NCBI RefSeq assembly: GCF_009914755.1
Contig: NC_060933.1
Reading direction: 5' to 3' (one strand)
DNA length: 64,000 nt
Origin: the human T2T-CHM13v2.0 reference genome, Homo sapiens
Positions 41,681 to 54,700 of this stretch are shown here, piece by piece. Each line of letters opens with the position of its first letter. The first letter of the stretch is position 1. The notes beneath the pieces are model-generated. The model saw only the letters and a program-made list of their open reading frames with translations. It did no database searches and was not told the origin of the DNA. A program made the translations under genes and the position numbers.

Positions 41681-44259
41681 CACCTCTTTACGTCAGGACC
41701 CCAATTCCTGGGACTGCTATTCCTGGGACTTCCTTTATCTCCCTTGTTTGAGGAGGACCTGGCCCCACAGCTTTGCCTGCTTGTGATAGGGAGGCAACAG
41801 AGGAGTGGGCCCTGCCAGTTGCTAGATGCAATGTGGCAAGGGTCATTTGGGACTAATTTAAAGGGTTCATATACCCTCCTGAGGCACCTTTTATCCCAAA
41901 CTTTGGTTTGAAGCCCTGTAATGGAACACTAGACCTAAGGCAGATGACAGTGGGAGTTGAGGGTCACAGCACAGGTGAGCATGACTAATTCCTGCCAATT
42001 AGGCCCTCCCACTTCACGGATGGAGGTTATGCTCATGGTATAGATAAGGTCTAAGGAACTCACAGATTACCGAGAGTGGGAGGCTTAGGCTCCACTCAGA
42101 TGAGTGTGAATATTCCTGTCAGCTATGCTTCCCACTTCATGGGTGAAGGTTGCACTTGCACCCATAGTTGGCACCTGCACAAGTCACTGGGACTCAGGGA
42201 TATAAGGTCAGGAGAAGAAAGAGGGATGCCTTTTCTTCTCTTCATCATGTAACCTGGGTGGTTGCTGGGATGGTGAAAGGAACAAAGGGATGCCTTTTTC
42301 CCCTCTTTCCAGATGGGTAACCAACCAATCATTTTCAACCTGCCCTCCTCAAGTGCATCCTAAATCACTGGACAGGACTTCAGAGCTCATGGCTCAGGGA
42401 AAGGAAACCCAGAAGCCTGAAATGCTGGCAAAAGTGGAAAGGTTCTTGCCATTCAGACTGTGGCTTCTCTCTTTCTGTGCAAACTAGTTGCAGGAATGAT
42501 ATAAATCACTTCTTTACTTAATTTATGAGCACCGTTTTACTTATAAGCCATTTTGGTTGACACAATATACATCAATAAACACAACTAGACATATATACCC
42601 ACACACAAACTAAGATCCAATAGCTTGGAACCCTGGCCATGAGATAGCAACATGAGCTCACTGGTTTTACTTTGTTTGTCCCAATAGGTAATCCAATGAA
42701 GGCTGTAAACCAAAATTTCAGGTAAAACAGTTTCCATATCAATTTGATTTAAAGGTCAAATCTCCCCAGAATTCGAAGAACACTGAGGCCAAACAGCACC
42801 AAAGGAGAGTATCACACATTAAGTAAAGAAGTCCTTCAGAATTGTTAGGATACATTTTTGTCTGGATTATGTTTGTCTACTATAACATCTAATGGAGACT
42901 CCTGAAAATAGATTTACATACAAGATGTAAGGAAAGTAAAATGTGTCTTTAGTAAAAGAATATGAGAAAGCATGGGAATGTAAATTTTTGCCTAGTTCAG
43001 AGGGTTCAAAGATTGTTTTAAATGAGATAAGAGAAAACTAAAGGTTCAAACAAGTTATGGAAGGTTTGTAAAAATTTTGTAAAATAAGTGTGTAAATATA
43101 TTGACTAAATTCAAAAGGGTATTTGGTTTTTCCATAAATTGAACATTGGAATAAATGCACAACAAGGTTTTCTTGAGGATTTGTCTGTAAGGTTTTATTT
43201 TTTAAAAATTGGGGTGAAATTTGGCTTTCTCTTGAACACGACTTTTGTACAATGAAATGTTTTTGTTTGCAAACTATCAACAAAAGAAGGGAAGGACAAA
43301 AGACAGATTATTTGGAAAACTAGGTCTTCTGTCTTAATGAGTAAACATTTTTGCTTTTTAAAATAAATTTGAGTCATCATTGTAGCTAAACGGATGACTT
43401 ATGGCAATCTGAAATTCTATTAAGTGTTTGAGTCTTTACAGCTTCAAAATTGCCTTTCCTAACTCCCAACTTTTGGAAGCTACAGAGGGACCCTGGAGTG
43501 TCCAAAGTAGAGGTAAACAGGATTATTTGACATGTTTAGTTATATAGGATTATTGAAATAAGGTGGTGCTTGATCTTCAGGTTATATTTTAGTGAAAAAT
43601 GTTAATATGTGTTCCAAAATAGTATGAGATTTCTGGAGTACTGATGTCTGAGTCTGTGTTATTAATCATAATTAGGGTCATTGTGTTAGGTTATCGTAAA
43701 TCACAGAGGTGACCAAATTTCTTTGTCAATTATGTTTTTGACTGTAACTAACCTAGGACATTTTAACATTCATAGACAATTGTTGTCTTGTTTTGATCCT
43801 CTTCAAAGAATGGATTATAACCCTCAAGTGCAGGTTTCTTATAACTTTGAAGATTGTGAACAGGAGTTGAGTAGGTAAACTGAACTATTGGAAGACCAAT
43901 CTTTTTTGACTTTTTGCTTTTTTCTTGGAACAGTGCTGATCCTTATGTCCTGTTTTTCAGAATCAAGGGTTTTTTTGAGCTATTTGTGGCTTTAAACAAT
44001 TGTAGGGTGAACCAACCAGTGATCTCTGACCACAGCTCAGAAGAAACAAAAGGGATGGGCCATCAAACTCCAAATGGTCACAAAGATGGAGCCCTGGATG
44101 ATGGCTCCCTTGTACTGGGGACCTTTAGATAGGACCCACCGAGAGAGAGACTTGACTGTAGGTTTCCCAGAACAATGCTCCTTGTCAGCATGAAGCAGTT
44201 AAGAGCTGTCATCGTCTCCATCCTAACAGCAGTTAGGTGTACCTCTTCAGAGGGGGGAT

Positions 44260-45484
44260 GGATGGCATTGGCTGCCGCCATCATGCCAGCTGCAGCAGGG
44301 AAGTGCAGCTGGGGCTGCACACTCCATGGAGCAATTGGGAGACCCTTCTGAGTTGGGATGGGAGCTCCCTGTGCCACTGCAGCTGCCCAAACCACAGCTG
44401 CAGACCCAGGCCTCCTGCTCTACGGAGCTCTGCCCAGGAGGGTGGAGCAGAGCTCCGCTGCCTAAACTGCAGCTGTGGATCCAAGCCTCCCTGTGCTCTT
44501 GGGGGAGCTGGGAATAGGCAAGATCTGCCCTCTCAGGTACAGCTGCAGCCGCGGCATAAGCGGCTGCAGACCTGGGCTTTTGGCTCCGGGAAGCAGGCAG
44601 GAACTAGGGACAAGCGGGAGCCTTGCTCCTTTTGAGTTGGGGGCGGAGGTGTGGTGGGGTGGTGGGAGATCCTGGGCGCAGCTGCGGCCACCCTCCTAGG
44701 CACAGGACCCAGGTGTCTCTGCAGCCTGCACCCTCGCACGCCTCTTGAAGGAGCCCTCCCCCACCCCCATCCTTGCAGGCTCAGGGGTGTCTGCTCCCGC
44801 TGCCTAACCTCTTTCTGCTCTTGGCACTTGATACAATCTTGGAGCCGGGTTAGAGCCAACCTCTGGGGCCATGAATGGCAGTAGGAGGCAGACAGAGTCG
44901 TGGGTGGAAGGGGGTGGGGTCCCCAGTAAGGCGCCACCCTCAGGCCAGAGCGGGCCTGAAGGTGGGGGGCTGGGCTGCCAGTTTCTCCTGCCTGAGTGGG
45001 GACTAGTGGTGCCTCTTCCAGGCCCTCCCATGACTGCCCATGGACCAATCAGCAGGCACTTCCTCCCCTCTGAGGTCCATAAAAGGCCTGGGCTCGGTCA
45101 GAGCAGGGTAGGGGACTGCCAGAGGAGGAAGAGAGCGGAGGTTTGAGAGATGAGGAGATGACCAGCTGCAGAGAGGAGCACCCTCTCTGCTGATAGCTGG
45201 AGAAGATGGGATGAGAGACCTGCAAAGATATTCCAATGACTTGCCTGTGGAGAGGAACCACCCTCTTCAGAGCCTCCTCTCTGTTCAGAGCTGACGACCT
45301 GCCTACAGAGAGGAGCTACCCACTCTTCTGAGCTGTTCTAACACTAAATAAAACTTTTTTTCTTCACCTTTCAGTTGTCTGTGTACCTCATTCTTCCTAG
45401 ATGCAGGATAAAAACTTGGGCAAAGGTGCCACAGCCACAGAGCTTTCCAGCCAGAAAAATGGACACCCCAGAGATCCCGTAACT
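44260..45484 (+). mobile_element. MER52-type 3' LTR (~1.2 kb, GC-rich)
   Basis: gatggcattggctgccgccatcatgccagctgcagcaggg..cataaaa..aataaa (45347)..cccagagatcccgtaac. Confidence 0.9.
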
Positions 45485-45859
45485 GTTCCATTCCCCAAGT
45501 CATGACTTATTAGCTTTGATGACCTTAGTCAAGTTTCTTGAACTCCCAGGCTTTATTGTCCTGATTTACAAAGTTGAGATAATAAGATGACAGTTGCGAG
45601 GATTAAACATCTTAGCAGAAAACATTTGGATTATCATCTTGCTTCTTTAAGCACTCAATAAATGCAATCATCATTGTCCTCCTCCTCCTCCTCCTTTACT
45701 AGTCCTTTTTCCTTACTATTTTTTACAAACTCTGTGACCTTAGTCACCTCACATTAGCCACGACTCATCGCTTTCTAAAATGTTCAACTATTAATATATA
45801 TTGGAGCTATTTTTACTTTTTTTTTTGAGTGGTTTCTGAAACAATCAAAAGATTAAACC

Positions 45860-46086
45860 AGAAGTCAACAAACTGTTTTCTGTACTAGACCAAATAGTAA
45901 ACATTTTAGGCTTTACTATAGACAATATAGTACAATACACAAATGGGCATGGCTGTATTCCAATCAAATCTTATTTACAAAATAAAATAAAATAAAATAA
46001 AATAAAATAAAATAAAATAAAATAAAATAAAATAAAATAAAATAAAATAAAGGTAGGTCGACAGGACTTAGTTTGCTCACCCCTCC
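45860..46086 (+). mobile_element. MER58A (hAT-Charlie)
   Basis: gtcaacaaact..ccaaatagtaaacattttaggcttt..catggctgtattccaat..tagtttgctcacccct. Confidence 0.85.
45979..46051. repeat. (AAAAT)14 pentanucleotide STR
   Basis: 14 uninterrupted units. Confidence 0.98.
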
Positions 46087-47314
46087 TTTAAAGTAAAGAA
46101 GCTGTAAATGTTCTGTGATTTATAAGGAAGTAAGTTTCACCCAACACAAACCTGTGATCCATGAAATGCAACATAATATTGTAGGAAAGTCAGTGGCTCT
46201 GTGTTCTCCAGTAGTCCTGCCTTCACCTTAAGAACCCCATAGCCTTAGAACCAGTCTTACCTTGGAGAAGGATCAAATCTCTCTTTTTTAACAGCTATAT
46301 TAAACTGTGGCCCAGATAGGGGAATTTATTTATTCAAAGTCAGCAGCTCCAGGGATAGAGCCAGCACCAGAATCTTGATCTCCTGGCTCCAAATCAGGGA
46401 CTACGTATTTTCTCTTTAGCTTGAAAAGAGAAAGAAATCATTTTCCTCAGGAAAAAAATAACTTATTTCCACTAGAGTTTTAATATAGAAATATGTTTTT
46501 TAAACCTTCTTGTTAATGGTTATGCCACAGTCAGACATGAAAACACTGCTATATCTGCTTAATGGGAATACCAGTCCCCTGTCCTTGTCACTTGGATCTC
46601 ATATTAAAGATCTCCTTTCATTTCTATTGAGACAGAAAAACACCCTCTCCTTCTACTCACATCTAGTCAGATTCCAGAATCATTTCTTTGGCAGTAAATC
46701 AGTAGTGAATGAAAAGGCTACTCACATCTATCCATATCCTATTCCCAAAGAAGAAATGGGAACAGAAAGCCCTGGAATGAATACAAGCTTCCTTCTGCTA
46801 GGATCTGAATGGAAATACTTCTCTCCTTTTAATATGCCATCTGTGTAGATTTTCATGGAGTTCCTTTTCTTATTTTCCTATCCTGGCCTTGCTGAACTCT
46901 GATAGGATAATAATAATAACAACAATAATAACAGTTATGATTTAATGAGAATGTACTGTTTACCAGCATTATGCCAAATATCTTAGTCATGTGTGAGAAT
47001 ATTCTGAATCCCATTTTATGGATGAAGAAATTAGGCACAAGGAGGGTAAGTCAGACATGCAAAAAGAGGATTATGACTTCAGAGCAGATGATTTAACCCT
47101 GCTTAGATTCTTCCTGCAAATAGCAAAGAGGTAAACCATTTTGATATAAACTTAACGATGTGTACCTATACAATTCCATTTATATGAAATGTCCAGAGAA
47201 GGTAAATGGTCAGAGATAAAAAGTAGATTAGTTTTTGCCTGAAGCTGGGAGTGGGAATGGGGAGTGACTGCAAGGGCCATGAAGGATATTCCTGGAGTGA
47301 TGGGAAAGTTTTAA

Positions 47315-47619
<305 letters not shown>

Positions 47620-47638
47620 TTAAAATGGATTATAATAA

Positions 47639-47958
<320 letters not shown>

Positions 47959-48929
47959 TTATAATAATGGTTGCACAACTCCACAAATTTGCTAAAGATC
48001 ATTGATTTTTCTTTTTGCACATGAGATGAATGAAACTTATGGTATGTAAATTAAGCCTCAACAAAGCTCTTAAAAGATTAAACACATGGAACAGAAATTG
48101 TGAAGGCTTTTCTTAGTCTTCATGGCTGCTCCTCTTGTGTGGGCATCTTCATTTCTCTTTACAGCCACAATCAGATTTGACCATAGAAAGGTCCCTTCTC
48201 TCCCAGGATTGTTAACTACCAATTCTTTGATGATAGAATATGGACAGATGAGGATTAACTGCTTCCTCAATGCTAATTTATTGCCAAAGCAAGAATCCTG
48301 GAATTTGAGTGGGTGCAAATAGAGGAAGAGGGTGCTTCTTCACTTTAATAGAAATGAGACTTTTATTACAAATGGCATATGATAAGAACAAGGGACTGTT
48401 TTTCCCATTAAACAAACACAAGCATATTTTAATATATCTTAAAAAGGTCTCTATTTCAATAAGCGCATTTATGTATTTGTTTATTTACTTGACATGCATT
48501 CACCAAATCCTTCTTATGTGCCAGGCACCTTTCCTGACTCTGGGGATAAAACAATGAGCAACCTAGTCATTACCCTTGTCTTCCTAAAGCTTTCAGCCCA
48601 GCAGGAAATCTTACCTTCTTCTTTCCATCTTCATGAAAATTCTACCTATTCTCCCAGGCTCTAACTCTATTGGGAGGTAACCCCTCCCATATAATCCACC
48701 ACATCATTTTTTCTACCTCTCTCTTATGACTCCAGTCATGTCTACATTGCAGTGGAGTTATATTTGTTTACTACTAATTGCCAGAATTATCTCCTCTACA
48801 AGTCTATAAAATCCTTCCTAGTAGATGCTGTGATTAATTCACCTGTTTGTCTGCTGAGTACTCATCATAATATTTTACACCTAGGAGATAATCCATAAGC
48901 CTCTGTTATATGAATTTGCTAATTTATCC

Positions 48930-49560
48930 ATGAGCCACATATTTTAGATAATTTTCAAGCAACAGGTACTGTTCTGGGCACTAGGAGATTTGGTGGTGAA
49001 CAGGACTAGCAAGATCCATGTCCTCCAGGATCTTACTTTAGCTTTGAGGAGACAGTCAATGAACAAATGATTAGAAAGACACAGTGAATTTGGATAAATA
49101 AAGGATATTATGAAGGAACTAAACAGAGAGTAACTTATTAGGGGTGGACTGCAGGGAACTACTTCAGCAAGGATAGTCACAGATGCTCTCTTTGGGGACA
49201 CAGTATTTGATCTTAGACATGAAAAATGAAAAAGAACCAGCCTTATGAATAGTTAGGTACAATAATAGTCTAGGTAGAGAGAAAAGCAAGTAAAAAGACC
49301 CAGAGGCAGGAAAGAATTTGGTGTTTTTTTTAAGGAAAACAGGAAATCAGGCCAGTGTTGCTAAAGCCTAGTGAGAGAGAAAAAGAAAAGGAATAGGAAG
49401 ATAGGAAGAATCAAATCATGAAAGGCCTTGCAGGCCACAGGAAGGAGTGCAAATTTCATTCTATGAGCAATGGATGAAGGACCTTTAAGAGCAAAGTGAC
49501 GTATATGTTATTTGTAGTTTAGTGAAATGATTTTGTATGATTTGTAGCAAACGTATAATA
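48930..49560 (-). mobile_element. L2 LINE
   Basis: caggtactgttctgggcactaggagat..aaagacccagaggcaggaaaga..aggccagtgttgct..atcatgaaaggccttgcaggcca. Confidence 0.85.
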
Positions 49561-49588
49561 TTTTGGGGCTAAAGCAGTGAAATCATGA

Positions 49589-49735
<147 letters not shown>

Positions 49736-49881
49736 TAGGCAGGAGTCTGGAGACCTGGGTCTGGATTATAGAGTGATCTCAGTGTTATCAGACATGTACA
49801 TCAGTTTACTGTTTTCAAACCCAACTCACTGAGCTTTCTAGTATCAAATGTTCTTTGTTAATTTCACGCATCTCCTTGTGG

Positions 49882-49994
49882 ACCACCATGCCCAGCTAAT
49901 TTTTGTATATTTTGTAGAGATGGGGTTTCACCATATTGCCCAGGCTGGTCTCAAACTCCTGGGCTCAAGCGACCTGCCCGCCTTGGCCTCCCAA
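49882..49994 (-). mobile_element. Internal AluJ-type fragment with no tail and no TSD
   Basis: accaccatgcccagctaatttttg..ccttggcctcccaa; resembles 47473-47575. Confidence 0.9.
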
Positions 49995-50059
49995 GGATCA
50001 GATTATGGAAGGCCTTGCAGGCCACAAGAAAGAGTGCAAGGCCTTCCATGATCTGATCC
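49995..50059. repeat. Inverted repeat, 25-bp arms, 15-nt loop
   Basis: ggatcagattatggaaggccttgca / tgcaaggccttccatgatctgatcc, one mismatch. Confidence 0.95.
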
Positions 50060-50719
50060 GTATCTACATCTCAAATTATAAACATGTGTTACAATGAAGA
50101 ATCATCAGAAAGATCACTCAAATAATCAGGGAGGTAACTTGGAGTTCTGGGCATCTCCTGATGTTGTATCATATTTTTGGTGGTGGTGGGGTTTCTGCAT
50201 CTTACTTCTTTCCTCGGGAATTAGATGCACTTCCTATTACCCAGTCTAACTTTAACTGCAGCTCTCATTATTGCCTTTTATTGGTTCGACTTTGCTGGAT
50301 TTGGTACTCCGCACACTTCCTCTCATTAAAAGAAATCCATTTCAACCCCAGTTTCCTCATTAGAACAAATATTTTATGTGGGCAGCATCCCATTCTGTGC
50401 ATCTTAAGATGAAGAAAAGATAGCGAACAGTGGGCTGGGAGCCAAGAGATCTTGTTCTATTCTCCACTGAGCTATAAATCATTGTCTGGCTACTCCCCTT
50501 CTCTGTGCCTGGGTTTCCTTATTTGTAATTTAAGAGGGTTGAACTTGATGAGCTTGTATGTGCTTCTCTTGTTTCCTAACTTGTCTCAATTGGTGTTGTG
50601 TTTTCCTCTCTGTAGTTTTTAGGGCTCTCAAGGGTTATGGCTTAGTTCATTGCCTAAGCTTTAGCATTTGCAACAACTCATTGCAGCAGTTCTCCAGTTT
50701 TGTTCCTTTGCCCACTCCA

Positions 50720-51250
50720 TTCAGCCATCCAGCCAGCGAGTCATGCACTCACTCATTGATGTTGGAAATATCCTTAGAATTCTGCTAGGTATCAGATACT
50801 ATGTTGAGTAGTAGGGATTCAATAGTGTATATAATATAGTCTCTGCTTTCAAGGACTTCAAAGTCTGGGAGGAGAGAGATAGACATAGCCAACCTTATGC
50901 ACAGTGTGTAGTGCACTGACTTCCATGGGGGAGAGAAACTCAGGATGTGGAGGAAATTAACACAGGAGGCATCTATGACAAGAAGTAACCCAGCAAAGAT
51001 TCCCAGATGAGGCAATTCACAGGCCGAATCTTGAAAGTATAGAAGGAGTGAGCTGCGTGAATGAGCAGGGAGAGGTGCTTGAGTAAGAGAGAGCCTATGA
51101 CAGTGAACCAAAGGTGAGAAATCTGTAAGAAGTCCAGCTTGACTGGATAACTAAATGGAAGCGTTGGGTGGATAGGCACCAAGGCTGGAGATCTAGGCAA
51201 AGAACACATCAAACAGGGCCTTATATATCATGCTAAAGAGTTAGAGTGAG
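50720..51250 (-). mobile_element. L2 LINE
   Basis: agtctctgctttcaaggacttcaaagtctggg..ggccgaatcttgaaag..cagggccttatatatcatgctaaagagtt. Confidence 0.75.
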
Positions 51251-51369
51251 TGACTGAATGAACAGCTGAGGAAGAAAAGGAAGCCCCATGATATGTTAAG
51301 TACTGCAGCACTCTACACAATGCAGTGTGAAGTGTGTACCACATTGTTTGGCACCTACAAGACATTATA

Positions 51370-51590
51370 GCATTGTGGTAATGTGCAGATTCTCTGGGCA
51401 AACAACTCTGGATCTGAATCCTATCTCTACCACTTACTAGTCATCTGACCTAGAGAAATTTCTTAACCTCACAAGGGATCATCTTTTCTCATTTACATCA
51501 GCGTTACTGGAGGGATTAAATGAGATTACATACATAGAGCTCTTACTGCGGGGTTTGCACTTTTGAAAGATTTAATAAATGTTAACTACT
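51370..51590 (+). mobile_element. MIR SINE
   Basis: ctgaatcctatctctaccacttactag..ttcttaacctc..gagggattaaatgagat. Confidence 0.8.
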
Positions 51591-51611
51591 ATTAAAATAA
51601 ATGTCACTGTA

Positions 51612-51708
51612 CCCTCCCCCTCTCTTTCCTGCCTTCCTTCTCTCTCTCCCTCCCTTCCTTCTTTTCTTTTTATTTCCTTCCTTCTTTCTGTCCTTCCTTC
51701 TTTCTGTT
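51612..51708. repeat. Pyrimidine-rich (CT/CCTT) tract
   Basis: Nearly pure C/T. Confidence 0.85.
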
Positions 51709-54700
51709 CATAGACTCCTAGCTTAATAGACAAGGACGAGATTAAAAAATCATGCAGCCCAAGTGCTTGCATTTTTCTAATCTGTATAATGATGCCACCT
51801 CATTTATTTGGTTCAAACAGTGTCTGGATATTGGTGCATTTAGCCAGGACTGTTCACTGCAAAATAATTCAGCTGTGTATCAGTGAAGATGGAGGTAGAT
51901 AGTCAAACCCAGTAGAACTGGTGGCTACAGATGTAACACAAATCTTTCTTTATGCCAGTTCTTTCATCAAGACAGAGGACCAAATTCCACCTTTTTCACA
52001 TGGATGATTTACCTGACACCTAGATGAGAAGATGAAGACAGTAATTAAAGGCATGACTTGCCCAGTCAGGCCTGAGTGTTTATCTTGACCCTGGCCTTTA
52101 TTAGCTGTATGATGTAGGCAAGTTATTTAACCTTTTGGAACCTTAATTTATTTATGTACAAAATGAAGATTACATGGTCCACTCGCAGCAACCTAGAGGT
52201 AGTGCAAGAAAAATGCATGTCAGAGTGTTTGACGCAGAGTAAGTTTTCAGTATATGGTAGATATAATATTCTTACCAGTTTTGTTAGTGTTATTATTAGT
52301 GTGTGTACGAGAGTTAGTAGTTGTGTAAATTTATTATTAGTGTTTAAAGTATTTTATTTTACATTAAGTGCCTTTGTTAGTATTCTTATTATTTGTGTCT
52401 ATATTATTAAGTAACATGGAAGATAAAAATACTCATAGCTAGAGCATATACATAGGCTGTTGTTCCCTTGGTAAGGACCAAAAACTGGCCAAGCTGAGAG
52501 CATCTTTTGAAAAGATGGATCAGGACACAGTTTCATCTTTTCCAGAAGGTCAGTCCTCAGGAAACCAGACTTGAGTTTGCTATTGCTCCAGAGGTCAGCT
52601 GGGATGGGTCTGGGGGCCTAGAAACAAGACCAGCAAATATGCTGGCTGGGAGCGAGGGTGGCAGCAGGTGGATGATGCCAATCCTGGTCGACTCAGAGTC
52701 ACAGCACCTGCCCAAGTCAGGAACTACAATTCTTCATAAAGAACAAAGAAGCTACATTTTACTGGGAGGAAAGAGCCACTGGGCTTGTAAAGGAGAAATG
52801 AAGGGCTGGGCTTAGCTCTCTGGGTCAGGAAGGATTTGTCAGAGAACAAAAATGGTAACTTGCGAGACATTAGAGAAAATTATCTCTGAGAGAAAGACAG
52901 GCTCGGCCTAACGTGTCTTTCCTTGTGGTTACATTATTTGGTGCTTGCTGGGTGACAAATCATCCATTTTTATCTTTTATGTAACTTTAGTTTTGATGTT
53001 AGGAGCTAAGAATAACTAATACCCAAGAGGGTATGACCCTGGAGCAAGGCATGCTGGGAAAGCACATTTCTGGGTGCATGTTGCCTCTGTGCCTAGAGAC
53101 ATGGATTCAAATAAAAGTCACAGCTACTGTCCCACCGGGGGCCATTGCTTTGGAAAGTTTAACTGAGCTTTTGAATACATCTTTGTTTGCCATTCTTATT
53201 CAAGGTTATCCAAAGACAAATCTGCTTCAAGAGAGGAGAAAGTAGTAAATTTAAATGGACCTTTCAAACAACGTTCAGTCTAAAAATGGAGAAGCTCAAG
53301 ATCAAATACGTATTTGAAATCACTGGCTAAGAAACAAAATTAGTGTTTTCAATGGGCATCGTTTCCTTGGTCTTGCTGGCTCAGAAGAGCAAGTGCAAGG
53401 GTTGAGAAATTCTGTTCTTGCTCAATTCCATTAATGGTCAGGCAGTTGGGGGAAGAAAGCCAATCACCTCCCATCCTTTTCTGACTATTTTTGTTGTCTA
53501 GAGTTATGTCCATAAGAGGTCAACTCGCTGTGGCTGAAAAGAAGGGAGCGTATTGGATATTTAGTTGTGAACTTTTGCATGCATAGGCTGAGATGGGCTA
53601 GTCAGAGATTAATCATACCTGTGGGGCCAATTTGTTCCTTTCAACAATCATGGGAGGGAACCATGATTATTAGCGTCTCTACTTTATAGATGGGAAAACA
53701 GATTCCCAAGAATTTTGGTGACTCACCCAAGACCATACAATAACCTAGTGACAGAGTCAGAATGTGAACTGGAATCTCCCCAATGCTTGACTATACTACA
53801 ATTATTGGAGGACCTAATGATCTTTTTTATCTTACCAAAAATCAGAAGAATGTTTAGTGACCAAACTCTGCATCTGGTCTTATTTCTCTTGACCTCTAGA
53901 CTGAAATGTTCCCAATTTCTCCTCTTTCTGAGCCATATAGCATTGCCAGCTGGTAACTTCTCAGTAGGCTTAGTGAGATCAAATATGTGAGAGTTTTCAA
54001 ATTGGGGTGTTTCAGCTTCAACGACCATCATGTGCATCCCTGGAATCCCAGGACACTGGGGCATAGACAAAGCTTAACCCCATCATATTATTTGACATAA
54101 GGGGAAACAGATTCAGAGAGAAAGAAGGAGTTGCTCATAGTCACACAACTGCTGTGACATTGCATGTCCATCGGTGTTTTCCAAGAACTGATGAAATAGA
54201 TGTTCAAGGAAGCTCAAAGAGAAGAGATAAGGAGGAAAAACATTCATTATTAACAATCTCTGTCACTTCCTTGCTGTGCAATCTCTGATAGGTCTCTTAA
54301 ACTTTTTAATTCTCAGCTACCTCCTGTGTTAAATAGTAATCATATTGGAAAATACCCCAAAGGTATATGAGGATTAATTGATTCTGTGTATGTAAGTCTC
54401 CAAGCACAGGGCCTGACCTTAGTAGAAATCAATGCATAGGAGCTATAATAAGGTCTTATCAGGTCAGAAGCACAGAGAGAAGGAGTGGGTTTGTGAGCTT
54501 GAGCGGGACATTGCTAGAGGGAGCTGAGAGAGTGATCTGAGGGGATGTCTGTGAGTTCCCACAGAGCAGTTCAGTTTGGGAAAACAGAGGGGTGAAGATA
54601 ACAGGAAAAAAAAGGGCATGTCCTTTGGTAAATTGCTTATTGTTGCCCAGATATCACTGTGGTAACAAGGAAAGCCCCTGAAATCAGTTTGTCCACAGCT

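Larger units (their letters stand above)
38508..45484 (+). mobile_element. MER52-type class I (ERV1) provirus, rearranged
   Basis: Related GC-rich LTRs at both ends; polypurine tract agaggggggat before the 3' LTR; 4-bp TSD gttc at 38504-38507 and 45485-45488. Confidence 0.88.

Noticed and set aside
44533-45048. 171-aa minus-strand ORF, the longest in the window
   Set aside because: Inside a GC-rich LTR where stop codons are scarce; overlapping ORFs occur in several frames.
52265-52415. Degenerate ttattagtgt-like repeats
   Set aside because: Low-complexity extension of a MIR tail with no regular period.
53302-53317. Perfect 16-bp palindrome tcaaatacgtatttga
   Set aside because: About one AT-rich palindrome of this length is plausible by chance in 64 kb.
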